In this document: positions 12,698 to 32,545 of the stretch, in pieces
Layout of the letters: each line of letters begins with the position of its first letter
Position numbering within the stretch: the first letter of the stretch is position 1
Assembly (NCBI RefSeq): GCF_009914755.1
Contig: NC_060934.1
Length of the DNA stretch: 64,000 bases
Origin: the human T2T-CHM13v2.0 reference genome, Homo sapiens
Reading direction: 5' to 3' (one strand)
The notes under the pieces: model-generated
The model's input: the letters and a program-made list of their open reading frames with translations, nothing else
Told to the model about the DNA's origin: nothing
The model's database searches: none
Translations under genes and position numbers: made by a program

Positions 12698-13658
12698 AAA
12701 CACTGGTGATCTTTATCCAGTCATTTCTAAAATAAATCTAGAGCTAGGACAAAGCAATGGAGTTTTATTACTTAAACTAAAAAAGATAAATATTTACTTT
12801 AAAATGAGAGTTCAAAAGAGAAGCAATAATGAAAGTTAAATTGATTGCCATACAAGCAGAATGTACTTTAGGGGTAAAACCATGGAGGAATAAGTTTTTT
12901 TTCTCAATTAGGATGGAGTTGGAGTAATGACATTCAGTTTCTTATTGCATATTATTACATCTAATACGTGCAAATGTTGCTGTGTAAAGACATAAAACAA
13001 ATTAAAAAATCTAATTGAACTGCATCTTATTACTTGGTCTTGAAATAAGGAAAAAATACTAAACTAGAAAAGTAGCTCTGCCTTTTTATTCTGGATATTT
13101 CAGAATTGATTTTTGACTTTTCTGAGAAGTGACATGAATAATTTAGGGAATAGAGCATAATGCTGTTTAAAATGGTTAAAGTATAATACCACAGAGGCAA
13201 CTGCGTAAAAGTCCCTGAAAAATCACAAAGGTGTTTAATGTTTCTAATTATGTTTAAGGAATTCAGTGGTGAGGTCTGGGAAATGACTTGCTGAGCTTGT
13301 CAGCTCACTCACTGACCCACTCAAATTCCTGAACAGAAATCTGGACTCTTTCTAAGTCATTACTTCAGCTCAGGAAACTTTAGGCAATTTCATTTTGCCT
13401 TAAGTGGGCTTTGAGACTCCAGAATGATTTGGGGGAGGGAGTAGGTTAATTGAAGTAGAAATAAAGCTCACCTATAATAATGGGCTCTATAGGGATGAAT
13501 ATTTCCTATCTAAATGTATTTTCATCATAGCAGCTAATTACTACCAATTTGAATCTATCTTAATAGAAATAAAGAAAAATGTTTTCTCCACTATTGTTTT
13601 ATGAACGATACATCTGTTAATGCCAATGGCTTATTATTTTTAAGGAAATGTATTTATA

Positions 13659-13740
13659 CAGTTGACCCATAAACTATGCTGAAGTTAGGAACACCAACCC
13701 CTGTGCCCCTGTGAGGCTGAAAATTCCTGTATAACTTTTT
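13659..13740. mobile_element. Tigger2-family terminal fragment
   Basis: TA|CAGTTGACCC...GAAAATTCCTGTATAACTTTT; truncated by an Alu. Confidence 0.65.
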
Positions 13741-14019
13741 TATACAGGGAGACAAGGTCTCGTTCTGTCACCCAGGCTAGAGTGCAGTGACGTGATCTTG
13801 GCTCATTCACTGCAACCTCCTCCTCCTAGGCTTACGCGATCCTCCTACTTCACCCTCCATAGTATTTGGGACCACAGTCATGTGCCACCATGCCCAGCTA
13901 ATTTTGCCCAGGCTAGTCTCAAACTCCTGAGCTCTAGCGATCTGCCTGCCTTGGCCTCACAAGGGGATTACAGGTGTAATCCCTTGCTGGGATTACAGGT
14001 GTGAGCCACCTTGCCTGGC
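13741..14019 (-). mobile_element. AluJ with internal deletion and a palindromic insertion
   Basis: Antisense Alu; linker region deleted; GGGATTACAGGTGT duplicated. Confidence 0.92.
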
Positions 14020-14799
14020 TCCAAATTATTTTCTCCTGTACATATATTCTCTAAATTTCTTGATATTTTAAGTTATCATAGTCTTTTTAGCTGCCTCATA
14101 ATCTATTTGGGAGTAATTGGTAACATTTTAATGTGTCTCTATATACTGCAAGCAATTCCAAATGGAATGACTTGAAGAAATGTGCTAGGTTGTGGATAAA
14201 CTATTAGGTAGCTTAAAAAATTATTTGTAAATAGCTATTTGCAAAAGGTAAAGGTAAAAAAGCAGAATGTGAGAAATTGATTTTGAGGAACTAGTTCTCT
14301 TGTTACAAAAAGACTCCAAGAAAACCTCTCAAGAACTAGTTCTAGAGATAGCTGACACTTAATATTCACGAAATCAAGGTAATACAAAGAAAAGATTTAA
14401 CAAAAATTGTGTATTTGGGACGTCATGTGCAGGTAAAATGAGTTAATTTGCGTTTGCAGTATGCCATTTACATTATGATGATGCTAAGACTCTCAAAATA
14501 TTTTGGTTTCTGAGGAAAGAAGTGATATATACAAACATACGTGGAGGACTATAATGAAGGATTTAATGGTCCGGTGATCTCTACCTTCTCTGTAGGTGGA
14601 GTAAAAGCAATTGGCTTCATACAAGCAAACAAAAATGATGTGGGTGACATGTAAAAAATTATCCAATTGTTAAATATGAAATCGTGTATTGGGTTGTCTA
14701 ATTTTCTTTATTGCAGATTTCAGAGCAGCCAAGTTTTCATCTTAGTTTAGGTAGAGCTCTTTGTTTAGATGCAGAGCTGGGAAGTTAATCCTCTAATGT

Positions 14800-15019
14800 A
14801 GAGGTCAGCAAACTTTCCGTAAAGGGCCAGATAATCCATGTGTTCAGTTTCCAGGGCCATGTAACCTCTGTTGCAGTACTCATCTCTGCTATGGCAGGAT
14901 GAAAACAGCCATAAGCAATATGTAAATGACTGATCATGACTATGTTCCAATAAATCTTTATTTATAAAAACATGAGGCAGAAGGGATTTGCCCCTTGGAC
15001 TGTAGTTTCCTGACTCCTG
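14800..15019. mobile_element. MER58A hAT-Charlie MITE
   Basis: GAGGTCAGCAAACTTT..GTAAAGGGCCAGATA...TTCCAATAAATCTTTATTTA...GTAGTTTCCTGACTCCTG. Confidence 0.88.
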
Positions 15020-15175
15020 GTTGAGATTACTTTCCTGTAGGAAACATGAAAATTTGCTTGATAGGGTTTAAGGAAAATGAAATAAAAAGTGATCATTTCT
15101 GTGACTTAAACTTGATTATTCTACAGTTTTAAAAATTCTATAATAGCTTATTATGGGTATGACATTTTATGGTAA

Positions 15176-15490
<315 letters not shown>

Positions 15491-16444
15491 TAATTGCTTT
15501 TTATCTGTCTGTATAACCCTGGGACCCATTCCAGCCTTGATGCATTCTAAAGACAGAACTGATTTACTTCATTTCTATATTCCCAATGCACAGTGTACTA
15601 CCCATCACTAAATAGGTACTTAATAGATATTTTAACTGAAGCATCAAGTGTTTACTCATTTTTAGGCTGCTTTAAGTACATGGAAATTTTGACAAAAGTC
15701 TAGAAACAAGGAAATATTCAAAGGCCCTTTTTTATACAATGACAATAAATGTTTTTCTTGCTTTTGGAAACATTTTTATTGCTGTAGTACAAAAAAGTTC
15801 TTGATTAAAGCCTTTGATTCAGGAGTTCCATGTAGTCTAAGACAGACCAGTTAGGTTTATGTCAGAGTACTATCAAATACAGTGTCTGGAGAGCTAAGAT
15901 CCAATTTGGCAATACTGTAAAAATTCCAGTATCTGTGGCGCTGCAGAAACAACTTTCAGAGTGAATCCCGATTCCATTATCAAGCTCTTTTGTGAGAGCA
16001 GTTAATATGACCAGGGTCTAGCAGGTTTTCTTTAAGCTCCAATGATAGCTGATGGACAGAAAATGTTGACTGGAAAACTTCCCAAGGAGAAAAGTAAATG
16101 TCTCATTCCATGAGAATGTTTTACAACTATTGTTTAATAAAGAGAGGTTATAGTTATAGCAACAGCAGTAAAGGATGGTGTGGATGAGTAAACCCCATAC
16201 TCCTGGTCATGAAAATTTTTTCAGTAGTTGAATAACTGGTACAATGAACAAGAACAACCTGTGGGATGTAATGAAAAGATAATTTTATTTTTTTCTCTAG
16301 TAATGTCTCTACATTTATTTGATGGGTATAATTTGTCCTCTTCCCTGACTGAAAACCAGTCCTTGTCTGATAACTCTTAGGAAATAGGAAGTCCTACTGT
16401 CACTTAAGTCATAAGCAAAATTTCATTTCCGAAATTAGAAATGT

Positions 16445-20199
<3,755 letters not shown>

Positions 20200-20200
<1 letters not shown>

Positions 20201-20315
20201 ATGTTCACTGTTTGCGTGATGGGTACTCTAGAAACCCAGACTCTACCATTCTGCAGTATATCTATGTAACAGATCCGCACATTATCCCTGAATCTAAAAT
20301 AAAATAAAAATTTAA
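20200..20315 (+). mobile_element. Short L1PB/old-L1PA 3'UTR tail
   Basis: TGTTCACTGTTTGCGTGATGGGTACTCTAGAAACCC...CCCTGAATCTAAAATAAAA. Confidence 0.75.
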
Positions 20316-20324
20316 AAACCTAAG

Positions 20325-20525
20325 AACAGAGAAAGCTAATTTATGGTAGTAAAAGTTGGAAGTTAATTACTTGAGGTGGTAGGGGAATTTATTAGAAAGA
20401 AGCACAGAAACAATTTCTGGGATTATATGATGGAAATATTCCATGTCTTCAATTGGGTGGTAGTTACATGAGCATACACAATTATTATAACTCATCCAAC
20501 TGTATAAAACTCAATTGTAAAAAAA
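20325..20525 (+). mobile_element. L1ME-like 3' end fragment
   Basis: GATGGAAATATTCCATGTCTT...GGGTGGTAGTTACATG...ACTCATCCAACTGTA. Confidence 0.65.
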
Positions 20526-20534
20526 AGAAACAAC

Positions 20535-21390
20535 AACCTTGTTGGAATTTTGATTGGGATTGTGTTGCATCTGTAGATCAAGCTGGGAAGAACTGACATC
20601 TTGATGATATTGTCTTCCTATCCATAAACATGGAATTACTCTCTATTTATTCTTTGATTTCTTTCATCAAAGTTTTGTAGTTTTCCTTATATAAAATTTG
20701 TATATATTTTCTTAGATTTATACATAAGTTTTTTTTAAGGTGCTAATGTTAATTGTATTATGTTTTCAATTTCAAATCACAATTGATAATTGCTGGTGTA
20801 TAGGAAAGCAACTGACTTTTTAATATTAATCTTGTGTCTTGCAACTTTGCTATAATTGTTTATTAGTTCCAGGAGTTTTTGTTATTGTTGTTGCCTCTTT
20901 GGGCTTTTCCACATAAACAATCATGTTATCTGCAAACAAAGACAGTTTGATTTCTCTTTTTTTTTTATCTGTATATGTTTTCTTTTCTTTTCTTGTCTTA
21001 CTGTCTTAGCTATGACTTCTAGTACAATGTTGAATAGGAGTGCTAAAAGTGGACATCCTTGCTGTCATCCTGATATTAATGGGAAGCACCTATTTTCTCA
21101 GATTTCAGTATGATGTTAGCTGTAGGTTTTTATTTTATGGTCTTCATCAGTTTGAGGAAGTTACTCTCTCTAGTTTGCTGAGAGTTTATATCATTAATGG
21201 GTGCTGGATTTTGTCAAATGCTTTTTCTTCCTCTTTTTATATAATTATGTGATTTTTTTCTTCTTTAGCCTATTGATATGATGGATTACCTTAATTGATT
21301 TTTAATTGATTTTCGAATGTTGAGCCCATTTTGCTTACCTGAATTAAAGTCCACTAAGTTGTTGTGTATAATTATTTTTACACATTGTTG
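20535..21390 (-). mobile_element. L1M ORF2 (RT region) fragment, antisense
   Basis: TTGATTGGGATTGTGTTG, CAATCATGTTATCTGCAAAC, GGACATCCTTGCTGTCATCCTGAT. Confidence 0.88.
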
Positions 21391-21394
21391 TAAC

Positions 21395-23750
<2,356 letters not shown>

Positions 23751-23859
23751 ATTTATTTTGACTCATTCATTTTACTTATTCATAAGCTATAGTCACCAAA
23801 TTCATTGTTGCTATTATTGTTTTGAATAAACTATTGTCTCTTAGATTGAATATGAATAA

Positions 23860-24480
23860 GAACAGACAGTTCACCCAAAAAGATATGTTTGGCATACAAG
23901 CACATAAAAAACACTTAACATAATTTGTGCTTAGGGCAATGCAAGTAAAATTTCAGTGAGATGCCACTCTTTTACCTGATAGAATTAATAAAATTAGAAA
24001 GCAAATTTTATGAAGATGTGGTGGAGCCCTCACATACTGCTGGTAAGAATATAAAAAATATGATAATCACCTTGGAAAACTGTCAGTTTCTTAAAAAGTT
24101 AGACATATACCTAGCATCTAACCTAACACATTACCTGCCATATAACCACAAGAAAATAAAACATGTGTCCAATGTTCATAGCAGCTTTTTTTTTTGCAAT
24201 AGTCAAAAACTGGAAACAACCCAAATGTCCACCAGCACATGAATGGATAAACAGATTGTGGTGTATCCATACAACACAACTCAACAATAAAATAGAATGA
24301 ACTATTATTGTTACATACTACAATGTCAGTTTATCTCAAAATAATTATGCTGGATGAAACAAACCAGATAAAAATATTATACACTATATGATTTCATTTA
24401 TATGAAATTTTTAAAAATGCAAACTACCGTGACAGTAAGCAGATCAGTGGTTGCCTGGGGGGTGTGGTGGAGGACTTGAA
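23860..24480 (+). mobile_element. L1M (MC/ME-type) ORF2 end + 3'UTR
   Basis: CTCACATACTGCTGGTAAGAAT, AAACTGGAAACAACCCAAATGTCC, AGATCAGTGGTTGCCTGGGG; possibly the 3' end of the element starting at 16445. Confidence 0.85.
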
Positions 24481-24928
24481 GGATTGAGATAGAGCAGGGA
24501 GTGATGTGTTGGTTAAATGTCTTTCCCTTGAATGCCCAGTCCTCTGGGATTTTATCGTCATGGCTTCTGCTCCAGTTCAGAGATGTCAAAGCTGGACTTG
24601 GTGAACCAGATTTGAAGAATTATTCTACCTCAAATACCAATTATGTCTCTACCAAGAAACCACACTTTTAGGATCTCAGTGAAACATTCATTTTCATGTC
24701 ACTATGCAGTTATCTATATAATTAGAAATAAGAGCAGAACACAAATTTTGAAAACATTTTAATGACATAGTGAGTCAAAATAATCTATTCCTAGAGAATT
24801 AGCATGGATATGACATGAATCTGAATCAAATGTGTTTGGAGGCTTTATTTATATTTTAGTGCATTCCCTAGTTCCATGTTATTTTAGGGAATTTAGCTTG
24901 AACCTCTCAGAGTAACAAAATTAAAGAG

Positions 24929-25047
24929 AGCCAGGTGCGATGGTGTGCCTGTAGTCCTGGTTATTTGGGAGGCTGAGGCAGAAGGATTGCTTGAGCCCGG
25001 GCGTTCGAGTCCTGGGCAACATAGCGAGACCCTGTCTCAAAAAAAAT
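24929..25047 (+). mobile_element. FLAM-type Alu monomer
   Basis: Single 7SL-derived monomer ending GGCAACATAGCGAGACCCTGTCTC plus A-tail. Confidence 0.88.
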
Positions 25048-27097
25048 TAGAGTCAATTTTATTAAAATCATTAATGAGTCAGAGCTTTTTATTACAATAC
25101 TTGGTGATAGTTACACAATAGTAATACCTTGTGGTTAACATCCACTAGCTTCATAGTACATGTGTGCTATCTAGTAGGACATTCATGTTTTCATTCCTTA
25201 AATATCAGGTAAGTAGAATCAAGACAGTATTTCTATGATATTTCTATAGTAAGATGTGGGCCAGAATCCTGAGTTACTTTACACTCATTCAGTCAACTTC
25301 CAGCTGTAAATTACCTCCCCTCCATGATGCACCTGGCCCTGGCCACCAAAATGTTCTTGAGAACTAGAAGTAAGTAGCAAAATGCATCTGGTTTGGGAGT
25401 CAACTTTTCTCCCTCCATTCTCTGATAACGAGTAGCAGAATGACCAAAAGGTAAAAGAACAGTAATTTCTGCTTTGAAACACTATTTTTCTCTAAGTTTT
25501 ATATATAAAAATTTAAGAATATATTTTTTAAAAGTAATTACTTGAATGATTAATACTCTATCTTCAGTAACATTAGTGATAGCTATCATCTGAGGATAGG
25601 AACCATATAAATAACCTAGTATTATTACTTCATTCTTTATTTTCTCATTTCCATAATCTCTGTAATTTCCTCTCTCAATTCCCTTTTTAGTACTTAAAAA
25701 CATCACAGAAAGTATCATCTGCATTTTCAGGTTTTTTCCTTTCTATTTTAGCGAGGGCCTTATGACACCTGTAGAATAAGGTGTCCTTTAAAGCACCCTT
25801 CCTTTAAGATAGAAATTTTGGTCAATTTCCCTGAGAATTATGAGGCTTATATGTGTTATGGAGGATTTGTGATTCACCTCCAGGTTGCAATTCTAGTTGT
25901 TGAGTTGAAATAAAATATGTTACCACGGGGCTTTAGTTGCCTTAGAAAAATCTGTTTTCCTCATGCAGTCTCAAAAATAAGAAAGATCAGTCTGTGTGCT
26001 CTCACAGCCATGCCTGTGATGAAACTTCAGGGGAAGCAGTGATAAGATACGGTGTTCACATCTTTGGATTTTGTACCTGCTCTTTGTCTGTCACTGTTAT
26101 ATTAATAAAATATTTTAAAGCAGTGCAAAATTTATATTTTGAAGAGTTTATCTGTACAGGTGGAATTTGGCAGGGCATATTTTATCACCCAGTTCTGGCC
26201 ATTTGGAAGGATGATTCTATTACTTAAAAGGATATGCTTGCAGGGTAACTAAAAAACTCCTTCTTTAGAAGCATTTTTGCAAACATGTAAAACTAATAAT
26301 TCTGTCTGCAAGTCATATGGTTAAACTGTTATGTAATCATTAATAAAGGTGTTTATATTTATATGTTGATTATACACAACAAAGTATATTTATAAAATAT
26401 TCTTTTTAAATATAAAAATATAATTATAGCAGTTTACCAGAAATAATAGTTATGAGCCTTTGAAATATCTTCACAATATGCCAGAATGTCTTGGCCTGTT
26501 TTGTAATAGAGTTTCTACTACGAGATTCATTTGTCAACTCAGATATTTCCATTGCCTTGCAAGAGGCACTAAGCTACATCCTCTTATGCCACAATGCCAT
26601 GTTTATTAAGAATGCAAATTCTTGTATTTTTTTTAATTGTAGAGGACATACTATTCTTTGACAATGCAGTGTCGTTTAAGGTATTTCTGCAGAATAAAAT
26701 ATAGTGAGAATTATATTGCTTATACACATTTACCTTTTAATCTATGACTACAGAAATATTTTAAAATTTATATTTTCAGTTACTTCCCCTAGACTTTTTA
26801 TAAGTACAGAATTTAACTAATGTGCATATTATAGGTTATGCCTGTTCTGTAATGTGCATGCTTATGATTTTTTTAAACATAAGACTCTAGTAAACATTGA
26901 TATTTTCAGTGGATATACCTTTTATTGTTTTCTGTTTTCTAGAAAAATACTCTCAATTATAGGCAATTTAGAAATAAAATTTAAAACTATTATATGTCTT
27001 GTATTAAATTGGTGAATTATTGGACATTCCCATACATGGTAACATTGAGTAGGGTTGAGTTGGCAGGAACAAATGGATAGATCCAAGAGATATTTAG

Positions 27098-27565
<468 letters not shown>

Positions 27566-27710
27566 TGATTCCACTATTATTTTTATCAATCGCCACTCCC
27601 TTTTAGATTAACTTCTCTAATACTCATCATAGATTTTATGATTCATAATTATAATCACGGTCTTGCAATATCCCCCAATTCCTTGTCCTTCTCTTCTGTA
27701 TACTCATCTG

Positions 27711-28298
27711 TGTTGGGGAAACCAGCTCCTCATCACCCAGCAGGTACCCCGAGTCCGGCGGAGACAAAGGAGTTAGAAAGAGACAGAATAAGTGTTTAAA
27801 AGGTGGGTCCAGGGGACCAGAGCATTGGAGGCTTACTCAAGGTCCAGAGCTCTCGGGCTCCACCCAATTAATTGGTTTACAAGCTCTTTGTTCTTAGGGC
27901 AGATGGGAGGGAGAGGAAGGGATGAGGAAAAGGATTAATCAGTGAAAGAGAACTCATGAGTCATTCAATAAGATGTATAGCAGTGGCGGTTTCTGTGAAT
28001 TTCCTTGATCAAAGACGTGTGTCTAAACTACTTAAAATCTTTAACTTAACCGGGACTGAAACAGGTGGGAGTGGGTTTCAGAAGGAGCTGAGATGTTTGA
28101 TTATACTCCACTACTTCAAGGGAGTGTTATCTCCCTGAGCAACCTGTGGAATGCCGCTGAGCGGTTATGCTCTCGAGGCATAAAGACATGAAGGCAATAA
28201 GGAGACTTTTCTCCTGAAAGGCTGCCCATGGCTCCCCATGGGTGTCTCACACAGGCGAGACCAACTCAATTGACACCCCAGAAACTCTCTTTCCCACA
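27711..28298 (-). mobile_element. LTR14-family (likely LTR14C, HERV-K14C) solo LTR
   Basis: Reverse complement starts TGTGGGAAAGAGAGTTTCTGGGGTG...GAGACACCCATGGGGAGCCATGGGC and ends CCCCAACA; 588 bp; 5-bp TSD ATCTG (27706-27710 / 28299-28303). Confidence 0.85.
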
Positions 28299-28539
28299 AT
28301 CTGGAAAAACTCAATCCTAATTAAACTCTATGATCTGACCTTTGTACCTGCTCTGACCAGCTGCATGTTTCTAGAGCAAATCACACAACCTTATTGGCTG
28401 ATTTCACTTTAAATTAGTTACAGTAAACCCTAAACAGGCACTCAAAAGTACCCAACAATCCCCCAGGAGGCATGAGTGCACATACACATACCTGCACAAA
28501 TACATGTAATTCATAGATAGATAGATCGATAGGAAATGA

Positions 28540-29210
28540 AGAAATAAAAGAAAAGGAGATGTCAGGGAAACTCCTGCTTTTTCTGGCATATAGGCCCAGA
28601 TGTCTTATGAGGAACACACAAGGCAAGTTGGGTCGAGGCAAGGTGGATGAATTCAGTTTTGTACATTTTGCAATTAAAGCGACTTTGTGACATGTTAGAG
28701 GAGATGTTAAGTATGAATTTATTACATAGATTTAAAATTTAGAGTAGAACTCTGAGTGAAAAACCCTGATTTAGGAAATTCTGGTAAACCTAGGAAGAGA
28801 GAATATAATGGTGAAAGAATGGGGCAGAAATGAACCTAGACAACCTGTAGCATCTAAAGGCAATAAGGGGTGATGGGCCAGCAAAGGCTAGGCCAGAAAG
28901 TAGATAAATCACCAGAATAATTTGAGATCAGGGAAAAGAAGACTTTAGAAAGAAATGGGGGGCAGGCATGGTGCCATATACCTGTAAATCCCAGCACTTT
29001 GGGAGGCCCAGACAGGAGGATTGCTTGATGCCAGGAGTTTGAGACCAGCCTGTATAACATAGCAAGACCTAATCTCTACAAAAAATAAAAAATTAGCTAA
29101 GTGTGGTAGCACATGCCTGTAGCCTCAGCTACTAGGGAGGCTGAGGCTGCAGTGAGCTATGATCACACCACTGCACTCCAGTCTGGGCAACAATGAGGCT
29201 TTGTCTCAAA

Positions 29211-29249
<39 letters not shown>

Positions 29250-29570
29250 GGAAAAAAGAAGAAATGGTGGAGGGAAGGAGTCATCAGTGTACCAGTGTAG
29301 AATGCTGTGAAGATACTTTTTCATAGCTTCGTAACTAAGATATTTCGTATCTTCACAGCACAAAGATAAAACTCTAAGACTAAAATATTTTATTCTTGAC
29401 ATTAAACAGACAGCATGGTCACTGGTTGCCTTAGGTGGAGAGTAACTTTGATCAGTTGTGGAAGCCAAATTAGAATGGGTGGAATAATTGGAGGTGAGGG
29501 AACGGAGGCACATGCAGACAATTTTTTAAGAAGAGACAGCATGAAAGGAAAGCCTGAGAGAGGGTAGGTC
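28540..29570 (-). mobile_element. L2 fragment, interrupted by AluJ
   Basis: GATGAATTCAGTTTTGTACATTTTG, GGTCACTGGTTGCCTT, GGAAGCCAAATTAGAATGGG. Confidence 0.65.
28960..29248 (+). mobile_element. AluJ (Jo-like) with (AATC)n tail and right-arm deletion
   Basis: GGAGGATTGCTTGA, GTGAGCTATGATCACACC; GAGGCTGAGGCTGCAGTG joins across about 30 missing nt; tail (AATC)~9; TSD AAGAAATGG. Confidence 0.93.
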
Positions 29571-30619
29571 TGTACCTGGAAGAGGAAGGGAGATGAGGTG
29601 AGATTTTAGTTTGTTGGTTTCCTATTTTTTGCCCTAGGAAAGATTGAGCAATGAAATATAATCATAGCTTAATTGGTAGCATAAAGTCATCTAAAGAAAG
29701 AGAGGTGATCTGTAGCCTGGGAAAAGGGGAATTTGATATTAAGAATCCGGCAACTTTTATTCTGCAGAGAGAGAGAAGGAGAGAGAGAAAGAGAGCGAGA
29801 GAGGCTGAAGTTAGAAGGAATTCCAGTTTATTGTGCATTTCCTAGATGAAAGAAATGCCTATTGGGATCATACTACTCCAGAGTTTTGGCTTCTCTCACT
29901 CCTAATTAAGTCTCCCCACCATCTCCACCGCAAGTTAATAAATTGATGCCAAGGTTTATTTATTAATCTTTTATGTGTTGAGTTAATTTTAATTGGGTTT
30001 TGAGAAGTTTTCTGGGTACATGGATATAATGGAGTTTGTAGACCTTCAAAAACTAAGGTATAGACTGAAGAACAAGGTGCCTGAATTTAAATATCACTGG
30101 TTCAAATTGGTATAACGGTTTAGTTCCTCAGTTAATAAGAAGAATAAAAATAATTACTGTTTGTCAAGCCCTTATCATGTGGCACACGCTGTACTTCACA
30201 TATTTCTAATCCTTTCTGTAACTTTGCAAGCAGGCTATTATTATTTCCTAGGTGAAAGAACTAAAGCTCAAATTAATTCTTTTTTTGGTTCAAATTTTAC
30301 CATAGAGATATTTGAATGTATAGAAAAATAAGGAAAATAGTGTAAATAACCCCTATGGAATCCAGATTCAAGAATTACTGATATCTGCCCATCTTATTTC
30401 AGCTCTGTTCACCCTACTCTGCCACCCCCAGATATATCTCTTTCTCACCAGCTTAGAGAATTTAAATGCCTTGCCCAAGGCCACCCAACCAACAGGCTTT
30501 CTAAGTATCTTCTATGGGTTAAATACTAAATGAGCAATTGAGGGTATAGACAGAATATCTGGTCCCTTCCAGTACGACCACAAACAGCAACAAGGGTTTG
30601 CTAGCCATTTTTCTATGAG

Positions 30620-30780
30620 AATTAACTCAGTTAATAATTACCATGATCCCATAAGGTTGGTATTAACCCCATCTTACAGATGTGGAAACTGAGTCACAGA
30701 GAGGATAAAATGACCCACCCAAGAATGGGAAAGCTGGAATTCTGACCCAGATGGTCTGGTTCCAGAACTGGTGCAGTCAG
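30620..30780 (-). mobile_element. MIR
   Basis: CCCCATCTTACAGATGTGGAAACTGAGTCACAGAGAGG core. Confidence 0.85.
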
Positions 30781-32545
30781 GTAGGGAGAGCAAACTAAAA
30801 AGAATTTGGAATGATTAGTGATAGGATGAAAGGATCTGGAAGGTTCATCCTTTTGGTGACATTGGCCAGCTGGCAACCTTCTCTGCTACCTTTTTCATCT
30901 TCATCTCCAGATATAATCCTGCAAGGTAAGCAAAAATTTGTATGACAGCACCCACGACATCATTAGAACCATGGCCTGGCTGGGTCTATCTCTTTGGTAG
31001 TTTCTGCAGCCAAGTCAAAGGGAAAGTAGGGAAAATTCAGAAGTTAATGACAGACTTTTTGGCCTGCTTGGTTTTTCAGAAAGTGTTAACTGAATGATGT
31101 GTATGACTGAACACATTTAGTATAAGTTGGCAGGGCCGGCCTCTGAAAAGCCTTCAGGGGGATAAAACTGGGACTGCTTTTTAACTGCCAGCTACACATT
31201 GTTTCAGCCATGCTGAATTCCAATGAGCTGGGCTTTATTGGCAGCTTGTTCACCGTATCATCATGTTACTTTAAATTAAATAATATCTCAGTCATTAATA
31301 AGCATTGTTCTTTTATCTGGAGTAGTGAAGAGTAGAAAAATTGCGTTAGGAAGAAGACGTTCCTCTTGATTTATTTTCTTAGCTCCCCATGGATATTCAG
31401 CTATTATGTGACATACACTCAGATTAATTGCTTATGTGATTAGTAGCGATTTTTGCCTCTGCTCTGGTGACTAAAATGGCAGCTCTGTTACCCTGCAATT
31501 CAAAGGCAAATGGATAGGGATGCAAACTTATAGCCGCAGTGCTGATATGAAGAGGGAAAGGAGAAAAGACAAGAGAGGAAATGAAAGGAGTAGGTCGTAG
31601 AATACAATTTTTCTCCTTTGTTAAGAATCACGATATTGGGTGTATGAGAATGATCCCTTACAAATGAAATTCTTCTTAGAGGAATCAGTTGTTGTTAGAA
31701 TTTTTATCTCCTGCCTTGAAATCGGGAATTGTACAATTGCTGCAATCTTACTTTGTCTTGAAATTCCTTTCTTAGAAATTCAAGCCAAGCCTTCTATTCA
31801 TCCTGGTAACTGAAAGGCAGTCTTCTTGGCTGATTCAGAGTGTGCCAGTGGGAAGTCAGGTTGCTTCTGACTGATGAACTGTCTTGAAGAAATGTTGTAC
31901 TCTAAATTGCTTCCAAGTTTATTTTGTAAAACTCTATGGAAGGCTGTATTTTCTAGAGGCTTGGCAAACTGCTGGAGAGTAGTGTTCAGTAAGCAAACCA
32001 TTTTAGTTATTCATCAAAACAAAGTCTTACACTCCCACTCACCTTCCAAATTCTCATTGAGCTTTTGATGGAAAGAGACGGTAACTCAGTAGGCTCACTT
32101 TCCTATTAAAAAACAAAAAGAAAGAAGGAAAGCAGCCTCTGTCACAATGATTCATTAGAGGCAACCGCCCATATCCCAGTTCATCTAAAGTTCACTAAGT
32201 TCCAATTCCCCCAAACGCCAAGTTCCAATAATATTATAATCCAAGAAGTGAAGGAAATAATTTATCCCAACAGTTTATACACTTGTAAATGCCTTGCTAG
32301 GCTTGTGATGTACATGGTTGTATAGAGCTCATTATTATGTTTGACAAGTTTATACTTTAACTTTGGGCAATAGGAATTTTGCTTACATCTTGTTGGTCAT
32401 ATATTGCTAGAGAAACATTTGAATTTTGTTAGTTTGCATAATTTTAAGGTTTGAAATCACTATTTTGAAGGATGCTCTACTCTTCAAAAATTTGCAGAAT
32501 CTGAAGAACATAATTGCAAATTCTACTCCTTAACTTGCATGCCTC

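Noticed and set aside
14288-14345. GAACTAGTTC palindrome occurring twice about 45 bp apart
   Set aside because: Too short to distinguish from chance or a minor local duplication.
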